64,000 bases of DNA from Longimicrobiales bacterium (GTDB taxonomy: Bacteria; Gemmatimonadota; Gemmatimonadetes; Longimicrobiales; Gaopeijiaceae). The stretch lies in the NCBI GenBank assembly GCA_965116905.1, contig OZ220732.1, positions 544,001-608,000 of the forward strand, in the 5' to 3' direction. Made by a program: the position numbers and the translations under genes. Every line of letters starts with the position of its first letter. The stretch's first letter is position 1. The notes under the pieces were generated by a model that did no database searches, was not told the DNA's origin, and was given only the letters and a program-made list of their open reading frames with translations. Below are positions 32,125-41,453 of this stretch, piece by piece.

Positions 32125-33410
32125 CGGCCCACCGCGCGCAGGAACGACTCGGCCATGAGCGAGCAGCCCCGGAGGCTGGCGCCCGGGGCGCGCCCGGCCA
32201 GCTCGACGCTGCCGTCCGCGCTCGTGCAGCCGACGTCCTCGGTGAGGATGTGGCAGACGGAGCCCGCGTTCGCGAGATCGAAGTGGGCCAGCAGCCCGGG
32301 CCTACCCGGCGGCAGTGGCAAGAGGGTGGCCGGGTCGAGCGCGCGCGTGCGCACCCAGGGAGGGAACCGGTGGCGACGCACGACCGCCGCGCCGGGGCCC
32401 GCCACGTCACGTTCGGCCACGCCGGGGCCCGCCACGTCACGTTCGGCCACGCCGGGGCCCGCCACGCTGTCGTACGCCTGCGACAGGAGTTCCGTCATTC
32501 CGTACTCGTTGACGATGCCGGACGCGGGAACGGACAGGACCCGTTCGACCCTCGCGTAGAGCGTGTCGCGGTCCACTTCGGCGATCCTCCCCTTGAAACC
32601 GCCGGTCTCCATGATGCGGGAGCCGGGGGGCAGGGGCAGTCGCCGCGAGGCCAGCGCGTCCAGGAGATGGACGAGGGAGAAGGCCGTCGTCAGGAGCAGG
32701 ACGGGATCCGGACCGCGGGCGGCGCTTCGCACCGAATCGATGTCGACTCCGGTCACGGGATCGAAGGCCCACACCGCGCCGGTGATCTCCGGCTCGTCCG
32801 CGATAAACCCCGCCATGCGGGCGAGCGACGAATCGGTCGCGACCGCGGGATTCGGGATCAGCGACACCACCCGGATCCGGTCGACGCCCTTCAGCAGGTG
32901 CCTTCTGTAGTTGCCGCGCGCGGCCGAGCGATAGAGGTCCAGGCTGGGTACATGGTGCTCGCCCCGCCCGCCCCGCCCGCCCCGGCTGCCCCGGCTGCCC
33001 CGGCCACCGCGGCCGCCGCTGGTCCCGCTCGTCCGGAACACCGCTTCCGCCGTGCCGCTGGTGATCGGTACGTCCCGGAATGCCATCACCGGGAGGGGTG
33101 GAACCTCGTGCCAGAAGGCGACGGCACCAGGGGCGGCGCCAGGGGCAGCGCCACCGGTGGGCGCCGTGTCCCAGAAGCGCCGCAGTATGGGATTCGACGC
33201 CCGCTGGATCGCGTGAATGCGCAGCGCCAGGCGGTTGAAAGCACGGTCGTCTGCCAGCTCGGCGGCGCTGGTTATCCCTGCGAGCCCGCCGGCACCTCGA
33301 CGGCCGGTGTCCTCACGGCCCCACCCACCGAACAGGGCGGCGAGTTCCCGCAGTAACTGCGCCATGGACGCGGTCGCGGTTGAACCGGAATGACCCGTCA
33401 TGTCTGTCAT
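32121..33410 (-). CDS. Acyl-protein synthetase, LuxE family
   Basis: FRTSGT, METGGFKGR, EYGMTELLSQAY, DLAN and LRGCSL motifs. Confidence 0.88.
   Translation of the reverse strand: MTDMTGHSGSTATASMAQLLRELAALFGGWGREDTGRRGAGGLAGITSAAELADDRAFNRLALRIHAIQRASNPILRRFWDTAPTGGAAPGAAPGAVAFWHEVPPLPVMAFRDVPITSGTAEAVFRTSGTSGGRGGRGSRGSRGGRGGRGEHHVPSLDLYRSAARGNYRRHLLKGVDRIRVVSLIPNPAVATDSSLARMAGFIADEPEITGAVWAFDPVTGVDIDSVRSAARGPDPVLLLTTAFSLVHLLDALASRRLPLPPGSRIMETGGFKGRIAEVDRDTLYARVERVLSVPASGIVNEYGMTELLSQAYDSVAGPGVAERDVAGPGVAERDVAGPGAAVVRRHRFPPWVRTRALDPATLLPLPPGRPGLLAHFDLANAGSVCHILTEDVGCTSADGSVELAGRAPGASLRGCSLMAESFLRAVGR
32391..32466. repeat. 30-bp in-frame tandem repeat (~2.5 copies) inside luxE-like gene
   Basis: GCCGGGGCCCGCCACGTCACGTTCGGCCAC x2 plus a 16-bp partial copy; encodes VAGPGVAERD repeats. 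Confidence 0.95.
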
Positions 33411-33437
33411 ATCCCGTCATTTCCCGCGCATTGTACC

Positions 33438-35126
33438 CTACCCGGCCCGACCCAGTCCACGAACCGCGCGGCCTCCCAGGTCCCCGGTCTGCTCCCCGTC
33501 GCGGATCGTGTGCACCCCCGAGACGACGACGTGCGCGATGCCTTCGGGGTACTGGTGCGGCTCGTCGAAGGTCGCGCGATCTCGCACGGTGTCGGGATCG
33601 AAGACGACGACATCGGCCACGGCGCCCTCTCTCAGCACGCCGCGGTCGCGGAACCCCAGCTTTCGCGCGGGCAGGCCCGACATCTTGTGCACGGCGCTCT
33701 CCAGGCTCAGGGCGCCCTGCTCGCGCACGTAATGGCCAAGCACCCTGGGGAAGCTGCCGTAGCCGCGCGGGTGCGGCGACGAGCGCGAGAGCGGGCCGTA
33801 GGGCGCAAAAGCACCGCCATCGGAACACACCATGCCGAGCGGGTGGGACAGCATGCGCGCCGTATTCTCTTCGGACATGCCGAATCCGATCATGCCCACG
33901 CTGCCGCCCGCGCCCCGCAGCAGTCTCACGGTGAGGTCGTAGGGATCCTCGCCGAGCTCGGCCGCCAGCTCGCCGAGCCGCCGCCCCCGCGCGGCCGCGT
34001 TGGCGCCGCCGATCCGGGTGATCTGCACGGCGTCCCAGGAGCCCAGCAGCGAGATCTTGTCCCTGCAGGCGCGTTCAAGCGCCGGGCCTTCATCCGGGTC
34101 GGCGAGCCGCGCCAGGAATCGTGCCGTGCCGCCGGCCCGCGCCGAGGCGGGGAAGAGGTTCGACAGGCCCGTGGCGTAGGCGACGTAGGGGTAACGGTCG
34201 AAGTGCACGTCCACGCCCGCCGCGCGCGCGGCCTCGATTGCCGCGAGAGCCGCGTCGGCCTTCCAGTGATTGCGCTCTCCCTGCGCCTTGAGGTGCGATA
34301 CCTGAACCGCGACCCCGGCCACGCGTCCTACGTGCACGGCCTCTTCGAGCGCGCCCAGCAGGCGGTCGTCCTCGTTGCGCATGTGCGAGGCGTATGGATA
34401 GATCGTGCCGCGAAGTTCGCCTGCGAGCGCCACCAGCTCGTCCCGGCCGGCGAAGCTGCCGGGGGTGTATTCCAGCCCGGTGGACAGCCCCACGGCGCCA
34501 CCCGACAGCCCTTCCCGCACGAGCGCGCGCATGCGCTCGATCTCGACCGGGGTCGCCGGACGGTCCGCGCTGCCCACGACGAGGCCGCGGATCGTGCCGT
34601 GCCCGACCATCGACGCCACGCTCACGGCCGGGCGCACGCGGTCCATCCGGTCCAGGAACCCGCCGACATCGCGGAAGTCGATGTCCACGTCGAAATCGCG
34701 CCGGTAGCGGTCGCGCGTGGACTCGAACGCGCCGTCGCTCCAGGGCCCGATCGACGAGCCGTCCTGGCCGACCACCTCCAGCGTGACGCCCTGCCGAATC
34801 CGGCTTTCGGCGCGAGGATTGACCAGGAGGGACAGATCCGCGTGGGAGTGGATGTCGATGAAGCCGGGCGCGACCGCCATTCCCCGGGCGTCGATCTCGA
34901 CCGCGCCCGTCTCGGCCACCTCGCCGACGGCCGTGATGCGGTCGCCATCGATGGCGATGTCCCCGGTGCGCGGCGGGCCTCCCGTGCCGTCGTAGAGGGT
35001 GCCGTGGCGGATCACCAGCGTCTGGCGGCTGCGGGTGGCCGCGACCCAGGGCGCGGCAGGCCGCCCGAGGCCTGCCAGCCCCGCCAGCCCGATCGCACCA
35101 CCCGCCAGGAATTCGCGTCGCTTCAC
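33438..35126 (-). CDS. N-acyl-D-amino-acid deacylase-like amidohydrolase, Tat-exported
   Basis: KRREFL Tat motif; PGFIDIHSH, STGLEY, SHMRNE and HPRGYGSFPR motifs; GAGGAG SD. Confidence 0.9.
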   Translation of the reverse strand: MKRREFLAGGAIGLAGLAGLGRPAAPWVAATRSRQTLVIRHGTLYDGTGGPPRTGDIAIDGDRITAVGEVAETGAVEIDARGMAVAPGFIDIHSHADLSLLVNPRAESRIRQGVTLEVVGQDGSSIGPWSDGAFESTRDRYRRDFDVDIDFRDVGGFLDRMDRVRPAVSVASMVGHGTIRGLVVGSADRPATPVEIERMRALVREGLSGGAVGLSTGLEYTPGSFAGRDELVALAGELRGTIYPYASHMRNEDDRLLGALEEAVHVGRVAGVAVQVSHLKAQGERNHWKADAALAAIEAARAAGVDVHFDRYPYVAYATGLSNLFPASARAGGTARFLARLADPDEGPALERACRDKISLLGSWDAVQITRIGGANAAARGRRLGELAAELGEDPYDLTVRLLRGAGGSVGMIGFGMSEENTARMLSHPLGMVCSDGGAFAPYGPLSRSSPHPRGYGSFPRVLGHYVREQGALSLESAVHKMSGLPARKLGFRDRGVLREGAVADVVVFDPDTVRDRATFDEPHQYPEGIAHVVVSGVHTIRDGEQTGDLGGRAVRGLGRAG

Positions 35127-35410
35127 GTCCCGTCGCTCCTCATGGTCGCTCTTCCTCCAACCCCCAACCTGCCCGGCGTGATCCCGCCCGACCGCAGAAT
35201 CTTGAGCTGCTGCCGCGCCTGCTCGCGCTTCACCATTTCGACGACGGAAGCGAGGTGGTCTTCCATTTCCGCGTAGTCGTCGCCCGGAAAGCCGTCGGCT
35301 TCGGACTGCTCGAGGGCCTCGCGGAGCCCGCGGATCTCCCGCCGGGCCTTTTCGAGGGCCCGTTGGAGTCGGTTCAGTGCTCGGCGGATGTCGGCGTCGG
35401 GTGTCTTCAT
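35123..35410 (-). CDS. Hypothetical coiled-coil protein (95 aa)
   Basis: MKTPDADIRRALNRLQRALEK...; 4-bp overlaps with both neighbours. Confidence 0.7.
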   Translation of the reverse strand: MKTPDADIRRALNRLQRALEKARREIRGLREALEQSEADGFPGDDYAEMEDHLASVVEMVKREQARQQLKILRSGGITPGRLGVGGRATMRSDGT

Positions 35411-35826
35411 GGCATGCAGGGTTGCGCGGACGGATCGAGCACCGCCACGCCCGTGGGCTCGAAATGTCGCACATCGCGGGTGACGACCGTCAACCCGTGC
35501 TCCAGTGCAGTCGCGGCGATGAGCAGATCGGCGCTGTCGTGCCGGTGCCCCCCGGTCAGGAGGCCCCAGCGGCGGGCGACCGACGTGTCGATGGGCAGGA
35601 CGCGATCGGCATACAGGCGGACGAAGTTGTCCAGCCACGCGCCCAGCCGGTCGGCGAACCCGGGATCGCGCGTGCGCTCCCTGGCGATGCCGCGCTCGAT
35701 CTCGCCTACGGTCACGACGCTCAGGTAGAGGTCGGCGGCGCGCTGAGCCGAAACCCATGCCACGATATCGGGATTGCGGCCGGGTCGGCGGAGCGCCGAA
35801 AGGACATCGGTATCGATCAGGTACAT
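35407..35826 (-). CDS. vapC: VapC/PIN-domain toxin
   Basis: MYLIDTDVLS, GEIERG and DLLIAATALEHGLTVVTRD motifs. Confidence 0.93.
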   Translation of the reverse strand: MYLIDTDVLSALRRPGRNPDIVAWVSAQRAADLYLSVVTVGEIERGIARERTRDPGFADRLGAWLDNFVRLYADRVLPIDTSVARRWGLLTGGHRHDSADLLIAATALEHGLTVVTRDVRHFEPTGVAVLDPSAQPCMP

Positions 35827-35914
35827 GCGGATTGCCCGTGGGCGCGGGACGAGGCCGATCGTCCGGCCCGGACGCATCGCCGCTCGAATGCCTGGGGGAT
35901 TCTGTCCACGGCAG

Positions 35915-36169
35915 TTACAGGTCCACCGGCCGGGGCCTCGCGGTCAGCCGCCGCAACCCGGGGCCGCCCTGCGGGATGGCCAGCAGCAGATCCTGGAGCG
36001 AAGGCGCGTTGGCGTCCTCCAGGCGCTGCAGGCGCTCGTAGTCGGCAGTCGCCAGCACGACGACCGCGGGCTTTCCGTGACGGGTCACGCGCTGCGGATA
36101 CCCGGCCATGGCCTCGCGGACGACGGCGCTGAAGCGGTTCTTGGCATCCTGGAGCTTCCAGTCGGTCAT
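35915..36169 (-). CDS. Phd/YefM family antitoxin
   Basis: WKLQDAKNRFSAVV...VTRHGKPAVVV signature. Confidence 0.92.
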   Translation of the reverse strand: MTDWKLQDAKNRFSAVVREAMAGYPQRVTRHGKPAVVVLATADYERLQRLEDANAPSLQDLLLAIPQGGPGLRRLTARPRPVDL

Positions 36170-36187
36170 GGGTGGGGCTCCATTTTA

Positions 36188-36238
36188 TGGACAGATTATC
36201 AGGCTAGATGAATTTACTGGCCAGATTGATCCTGTCAA
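36188..36238 (-). promoter_or_regulatory. TA promoter with repeated operator-like boxes
   Basis: TTGACA-N16-TAAATT on minus strand overlapping palindrome CTGGCCAG; related boxes TGGACAGAT, AGGCTAGAT, TGGCCAGAT. Confidence 0.6.
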
Positions 36239-36391
36239 GTGGAGGCACACGAGCCACACGAGTCTGGACGCGGGGACAGCGTGAGAGTACCTCTTTACTA
36301 GCCTGTCGTGCGCCCTCCACGGGTTGCCGCCGCGGGCTGCTCGAGCCGCAGTAACCAGGAGCAGTAACCAGGACGATGGAGGAATGACCCG

Positions 36392-37912
36392 TTGAACGCA
36401 TCAAGGTACATCCGGGGTTGCATGGTGGCCGCCGTGGCCGTCGTGGCCGCCTCCGCCGTCGCTCTCGCCCTGCCCGCCCCGGCCGCTGCGCAGGAGATCT
36501 ACGACATCGTGCTGGCGGGCGGACGCGTGATGGACCCGGAGACGGGCCTGGACGCGGTTCGAAACGTGGGCATCAACGGCTCCACGATCGCGGCCGTCTC
36601 GGAAGAGGCGCTCGACGGCGAGGTGGTGGTGGACGTCACCGGCCTGGTGGTATCGCCCGGGTTCATCGATCTCCACGCGCACGGCCAGACCAACCGCGCG
36701 AACGAGTTCCAGGCCCGGGACGGCGTCACGACGGCGCTTGAGCTGGAGAGCGGGGTGGGCAAGCCCGCGGCCTTCCTCGCCGAACGCGGCAAGGGGGCGA
36801 TCCTGAACTTCGGCGCCACGGTGTCGCACATGACCGTGCGCACGCTGGCGATGCCGGACAAGCGTGAAGATGTGCATCGGGCACTCATGGCGGTCGAGGA
36901 CAACGCGGGGATCGCGCTGCGGGGGCTGGAATGGATCGCTTCGGCAGCCCGATACGACCCGGTCCTGCCCGACGACTACCCGGCGCTCCACGACGCCCTC
37001 GCCCAGGGACTCGCCGAAGGAGCACTCGGGATCGGGATGGCCCACCAGTACTACCCGGGCGCGTCGCTGGAGGAGATCCTGGAGGTCTTCCGGTTCGCGT
37101 CGGAGACGAATACCACGATCTACACCCACGTGCGCGACATGGCGATCAGCGCGATTCAGGAAGTCATCGCCAACGCGGTGGCGACGGGCGCATCCCTGCA
37201 CATCGTCCACATGAACAGCTCCAGCCTCTGGAACGTGACGCCGGTGCTGCAGCTGATCGGGGGCGCACAGAGCCGGGGCTTCGACATCACGACCGAGGCC
37301 TACCCCTACACCGGGGCCTCCACCGGCCTCCAGTCCGCAATCTTCGACCCCGGCTGGCAGGACAAGCTGCGGATCGGCTACGGGGACCTGCAGTGGCAGG
37401 ACACCGGTGAGCGGCTGACCGAGGAGACGTTCAACGGCTATCGGGCGAGCGGCGGCACGGTCATCATCCACATGATGAGGGAGGAGTGGATCCGTGAAGC
37501 GCTGGCCACCGACTTCGTGATGGTCGCGTCCGACGGGATGCCCTACGCGCCCGGCGCGCACCCCCGCAGCGCAGGCACCTTCTCGCGTTTCCTGGGCCGC
37601 TACGTGCGTGACGAGGGGCTGATGCCGCTAATGGAGGGCCTCGCCAGGATCACGATCATGCCGGCGAAGCGGCTGGAAGGGATGACAGATCAGGCGTCCA
37701 TGATGGGACGTTTGCAGGCGGGCGCGACGGCGGACATCACCGTGTTCGACCCGCAGACCATCATCGACACCGCGACCTTCGAGGAGGATCTGTCCTACTC
37801 GGAGGGCGTCGCCCACGTGCTCGTGAACGGGGAGTTCGTCGTGCGCGACGGGGAGAATGTTCCGGATGCGATGCCGGGGACGGCGATCGTCGGAAGAGGG
37901 GCGGGCGAATGA
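36392..37912 (+). CDS. Secreted amidohydrolase (D-aminoacylase/D-glutamate deacylase-like)
   Basis: Signal peptide ending AAAQ; PGFIDLHAH, ASDG and HPRSAGTFSR motifs; start TTG36392 or ATG36422. Confidence 0.88.
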   Translation: MNASRYIRGCMVAAVAVVAASAVALALPAPAAAQEIYDIVLAGGRVMDPETGLDAVRNVGINGSTIAAVSEEALDGEVVVDVTGLVVSPGFIDLHAHGQTNRANEFQARDGVTTALELESGVGKPAAFLAERGKGAILNFGATVSHMTVRTLAMPDKREDVHRALMAVEDNAGIALRGLEWIASAARYDPVLPDDYPALHDALAQGLAEGALGIGMAHQYYPGASLEEILEVFRFASETNTTIYTHVRDMAISAIQEVIANAVATGASLHIVHMNSSSLWNVTPVLQLIGGAQSRGFDITTEAYPYTGASTGLQSAIFDPGWQDKLRIGYGDLQWQDTGERLTEETFNGYRASGGTVIIHMMREEWIREALATDFVMVASDGMPYAPGAHPRSAGTFSRFLGRYVRDEGLMPLMEGLARITIMPAKRLEGMTDQASMMGRLQAGATADITVFDPQTIIDTATFEEDLSYSEGVAHVLVNGEFVVRDGENVPDAMPGTAIVGRGAGE

Positions 37913-39681
37913 GCACCCCGCGACCGAACCGGCGGCGCGGCGCCGTGCACCCGCTGCTTCTTGCGGCTGCGCTGGCCGTCGGGACCGCGGCAGGGGCAGC
38001 GCCGCTGGCGGGCCAGGATTACGACGTGATTATCCGTGGCGGGCGGGTGCTCGACGGGACCGGCAACGACTGGTTCACCGCCGACATCGCCATCGACGGC
38101 GACGAGATCGTGCGGATCGGCCGCATGCCGAACGCCACGGCCGCGCGCGAGATCGACGCCACCGGCATGTACGTCTCGCCCGGGTTCATCGACCTGCATT
38201 CGCACAGCGATCAGGCGATGACGTCGGACCATCTTGAGGCGCGCCGGGCCAAGAGCCTCAACAGCCAGGGGCTGACGACGGTGATCGGGGGGCCGGACGG
38301 GCGCAACGCAAGGTGGCCGCTGTCGGCGGAGATCGAGGCGCTTCGGGATCGGGGCCACGCCATGAATTTCGTGCCGATGGTGGGTCACAGTACCGTTCGC
38401 AATGCGGTGATGGGGAATGACTACGAACGCCCCGCCACGGCTCGCGAGGTCGCGCGCATGCAGGAACTGGTGCGGCAGGGGATGGAGGCCGGCGCGTGGG
38501 GGCTCGGGGCGGGGATCGAGTACAGGCCCGCGCGCTTCAGCACCCCCGACGAGGTGATCGCGCTGGCGTCCGAGGTGGCGCCGTACGACGGGTTCTACGT
38601 GGCGCACCAGCGCAGCGAGGCCACGATGCCGCTATGGCAGCTCCCCAGCAACGTGGACGACTGGCCGGTCGACGGGCTGCAGGGCCTCCGGGAGACGATC
38701 AACATCGCGCGCGAGACGGGGATTCGCGTGGTGGCGAGCCATCACAAGGCGCGCGGGCGCTCCAGCTTCGGCCGCTCGGGCCACGACACGCTGGTGGTGA
38801 ACGCGGCCCGGGACGAGGGGCTCGAGATCTACCTGGACGTCTACCCGTACGAGACCTTCGGGGGCGGTGCGCGTCCGATGATCCCGCGGTGGAGCCTGGT
38901 GGCCGACAGCGTGGACACGAGCGGCGGCCGCGACAGCCCCGCGTACTATGCGGTGGGGATCTTCAGCGACGCGCAGGCGCACCTGGCGCGGCGGTGGGAC
39001 GATCCCGAGACCCGTACGCGCATCGCGCGGGACATCGCGTGGATCGTGGACCACAACGGCGGCGAGGACCGGGTGGTGGTGGTGGACTATCCCGACGCCG
39101 CGTTCGTGGGGAAGACGCTCACCGAGCTGGCCGGGGAGATGGGCGTGACCTTCCAGGAGGTCGTGGTCCACATGGCCCTCAACGGGTACCCGGACGTGAT
39201 CGGTGGGGCCTGGACCCGGGGATACGGCATTCATGATGTCGACGTCATCAACTACTACAAACAGGAGTACACGGCGACGGCCTCGGACGCCGGTGTGAGC
39301 GGGGTCGCGGGCGTGCCGCAGTTCGCATCGCGGCCCGGTGCGCATCCGCGGCATTTCGGCGCCTTCACGCGCAAGATCGCGCACTACGTGAAGGATCTGC
39401 AGGCGATTTCGCTGCCCTTCGCCGTCCGTTCGATGACCGGACTGCCGGCGCGGATCATCGGACTGCCGGACCGCGGCCTGCTGCGCGAGGGGTACAAGGC
39501 GGACATCGTGATCTTCGACTACGGGCGGCTGCGGGACCGCGCGACCGTGCTGGAGCCCGACCTGTACAGCGAGGGCGTGGACTACGTGATGGTCAACGGC
39601 GTGCTGACGATCGACAATGGCGAGTTCACGGACGCGCTGCCCGGCGAGGTGGTGCTGCGGGGCAGCCGGCCGGTCAGCTGA
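37909..39681 (+). CDS. Secreted N-acyl-D-amino-acid deacylase-like amidohydrolase
   Basis: PGFIDLHSH, AHQRSE and HPRHFGAF motifs; signal peptide. Confidence 0.88.
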   Translation: MSTPRPNRRRGAVHPLLLAAALAVGTAAGAAPLAGQDYDVIIRGGRVLDGTGNDWFTADIAIDGDEIVRIGRMPNATAAREIDATGMYVSPGFIDLHSHSDQAMTSDHLEARRAKSLNSQGLTTVIGGPDGRNARWPLSAEIEALRDRGHAMNFVPMVGHSTVRNAVMGNDYERPATAREVARMQELVRQGMEAGAWGLGAGIEYRPARFSTPDEVIALASEVAPYDGFYVAHQRSEATMPLWQLPSNVDDWPVDGLQGLRETINIARETGIRVVASHHKARGRSSFGRSGHDTLVVNAARDEGLEIYLDVYPYETFGGGARPMIPRWSLVADSVDTSGGRDSPAYYAVGIFSDAQAHLARRWDDPETRTRIARDIAWIVDHNGGEDRVVVVDYPDAAFVGKTLTELAGEMGVTFQEVVVHMALNGYPDVIGGAWTRGYGIHDVDVINYYKQEYTATASDAGVSGVAGVPQFASRPGAHPRHFGAFTRKIAHYVKDLQAISLPFAVRSMTGLPARIIGLPDRGLLREGYKADIVIFDYGRLRDRATVLEPDLYSEGVDYVMVNGVLTIDNGEFTDALPGEVVLRGSRPVS

Positions 39682-39697
39682 AGCCGGGGCGGGCGAA

Positions 39698-40795
39698 GTG
39701 AGTTCGGGGCCGGAGGCCGATCCGCTTGACCTCGTCATTGTCGGGGCCGGGCCGTGTGGGCTGGCTGCGGCGGTGGCGGCCAAGGAGAGTGGGCTGCGCC
39801 ATGTCGTGCTCGACCGCGGGTGCATTACCGAGTCGCTGACGCACTACCCCTACTACATGACGTTCTTCTCCACGGCCGAGCGACTGGAGATCGGGGGCGT
39901 GCCGTTCACGATCCCGGACCCCAAGCCGACGCGGCGAGAGGCGCTGGCGTACTATCGGCAAGTGGTCGCGCACCATGGATTGAGGGTGCGGCAGTATGAG
40001 GAGGTGACGGAGGTTGTGCGCCGGGATGGGGACGAGTCGGAGCGCTCTGGGTTCGTCGTGCGCACGCGCGGCCGCGACGGGCGGGAGGGCGCGCTGTTTG
40101 CGCGGGCCGTGGTCATCGCCACCGGTGGCTTCGGCGAGCCCAACCGCCTCGAACTGGAAGGCGGCGATCCGGAGGGGCGCGTCATCCACTACTACAAGGA
40201 TCCCTATCCCTTCTTCGACCAGGACGTGACGGTCGTCGGGGGCGGCAATTCGGCGGTGGAAGTCGCGCTGGAGCTGTACCGAAACGGGGTGCGGGTGCGG
40301 ATGGTGCACTTCCTGGACGTCTTCGACCGGGGCGTGAAGCCGTGGGTCCGGCCCGACATCGAGAACCGGATCGCGAGCGGCGAGATCCCGATGCACTGGG
40401 GTTCGCGGGTGGCGCGGCTGGGGCCGGGGACGGCCATGATCGTGCGCAAGGGCGGCGGCGAGGCCACGGAGGTCGCGAACGACTGGGTGCTGGCCATGAC
40501 CGGGTGGCGTCCGAACCGGACTCTGCTGCACGGCCTCGGTGTGGAGACCGATCCCGAGACCGGCATCCCGGAGCACGACCCGGCCACCATGGAGACGAAT
40601 GTTCCGGGCGTGTACATCGCCGGGGTGATCGCGGCGGGCTTCAACGCGAACAAGATCTTCATCGAGAACGGGCGGGAACACGGTGGGCTGATCGCGGGGC
40701 ATCTGGCGGGGCTGGGGCTCGATCTTGCCGGGGGCTTTCCCGGGCCGGAGGACTTGTCCACGAATCCCGAATACATGCGCGGATTCGGTCATTGA
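39698..40795 (+). CDS. ypdA: YpdA-family (putative bacillithiol disulfide) FAD/NADPH oxidoreductase
   Basis: GAGPCG, FFSTAERLEIG, KPTRREALAYY, GGGNSA and IFIENGREHG motifs; start uncertain. Confidence 0.85.
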   Translation: MSSGPEADPLDLVIVGAGPCGLAAAVAAKESGLRHVVLDRGCITESLTHYPYYMTFFSTAERLEIGGVPFTIPDPKPTRREALAYYRQVVAHHGLRVRQYEEVTEVVRRDGDESERSGFVVRTRGRDGREGALFARAVVIATGGFGEPNRLELEGGDPEGRVIHYYKDPYPFFDQDVTVVGGGNSAVEVALELYRNGVRVRMVHFLDVFDRGVKPWVRPDIENRIASGEIPMHWGSRVARLGPGTAMIVRKGGGEATEVANDWVLAMTGWRPNRTLLHGLGVETDPETGIPEHDPATMETNVPGVYIAGVIAAGFNANKIFIENGREHGGLIAGHLAGLGLDLAGGFPGPEDLSTNPEYMRGFGH

Positions 40796-40861
40796 CACGG
40801 CGGGACATCTCAGTGGGACTCGCTGGTGGTCGCGCTTGCCGAAGAGCTTGACGTGGAACTG
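40721..40861 (+). pseudogene. Probable decayed TA module: antitoxin-like C-terminus fused to ypdA plus PIN fragments
   Basis: YpdA tail DLAGGFPGPEDLSTNPEYMRGFG; downstream out-of-frame VIDTAG and DSLVVALAEELDV. Confidence 0.45.
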
Positions 40862-40913
40862 CGGGTCGGGTTGCACCCCCCCCCACGCCTGGCATTAGAG
40901 GTGGCCGACGCCA

Positions 40914-40968
40914 CCGCAGCCCCCCGGGTCCCGGGACAGTCCGTTGATGGACCCCCGGGGGGCCGCGG
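40914..40968. terminator. GC-rich hairpin between convergent genes
   Basis: CCGCAGCCCCCCGGGTCC ... GGACCCCCGGGGGGCCGCGG imperfect inverted repeat. Confidence 0.5.
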
Positions 40969-40976
40969 CGGGCGAC

Positions 40977-41453
40977 CTACCTCAGCGGAACCTCCAGGCC
41001 GATCCTAAGCACGCGGTGGCCGGACAGGATGACGCCTCCGGTGCAGCAGTTGCGGTCGGGCACGAGGCCATACACGAATGCCACCTCCGCGCCGACGGGA
41101 TAGTCGCGTCCCCGCACGCTCAGGCCGACCAACGCGCCAACGTCCGGATAGTCATTGTAGCTGAAGGCGGGGCCCGCCGTGAGAGTGATGTCACCGAGCC
41201 GGCGCTTATAGAGCACGGGTACTTCGATCGAATGCACCCGGTAGCTCCCGCTCCCCCTCTGGACATAGAGGGCGCCGAGGTGAAAGTGGTCGCGCACGTC
41301 GAATGACAAGCCGCCGTAGAAGCCTCTTATCGTGTCCTCCCACACGGGGTCGTGAAGGGACGCGAGGGCGAGGCCGAAATGAACCCTTCCACTCTGTGCG
41401 GCTGCCGGTACGGCTGCCAGGGCCATCATGAGAACCGCCAGTAGTGTGCGCAT
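40977..41453 (-). CDS. Small outer-membrane beta-barrel-like protein
   Basis: Signal peptide MRTLLAVLMMALAAVPAAAQ; alternating beta-strand pattern, 'IEVPVL', C-terminal LRIGLEVPL. Confidence 0.65.
   Translation of the reverse strand: MRTLLAVLMMALAAVPAAAQSGRVHFGLALASLHDPVWEDTIRGFYGGLSFDVRDHFHLGALYVQRGSGSYRVHSIEVPVLYKRRLGDITLTAGPAFSYNDYPDVGALVGLSVRGRDYPVGAEVAFVYGLVPDRNCCTGGVILSGHRVLRIGLEVPLR

Noticed and set aside
32391..32466. CRISPR-like 30-bp repeats
   Set aside because: Head-to-tail with no spacers, in frame inside a CDS, and no cas genes
30748..33410. Bioluminescence operon
   Set aside because: No luxA, luxB, luxD or luxG in the window
35827..35914. 88-bp gap between antitoxin and vapC as a possible MITE
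   Set aside because: No terminal inverted repeats or target duplication visible, and no second copy noticed
40886..40894. Poly-C9 tract as a phase-variation switch
   Set aside because: Lies between convergent gene ends, not in a promoter or functional CDS
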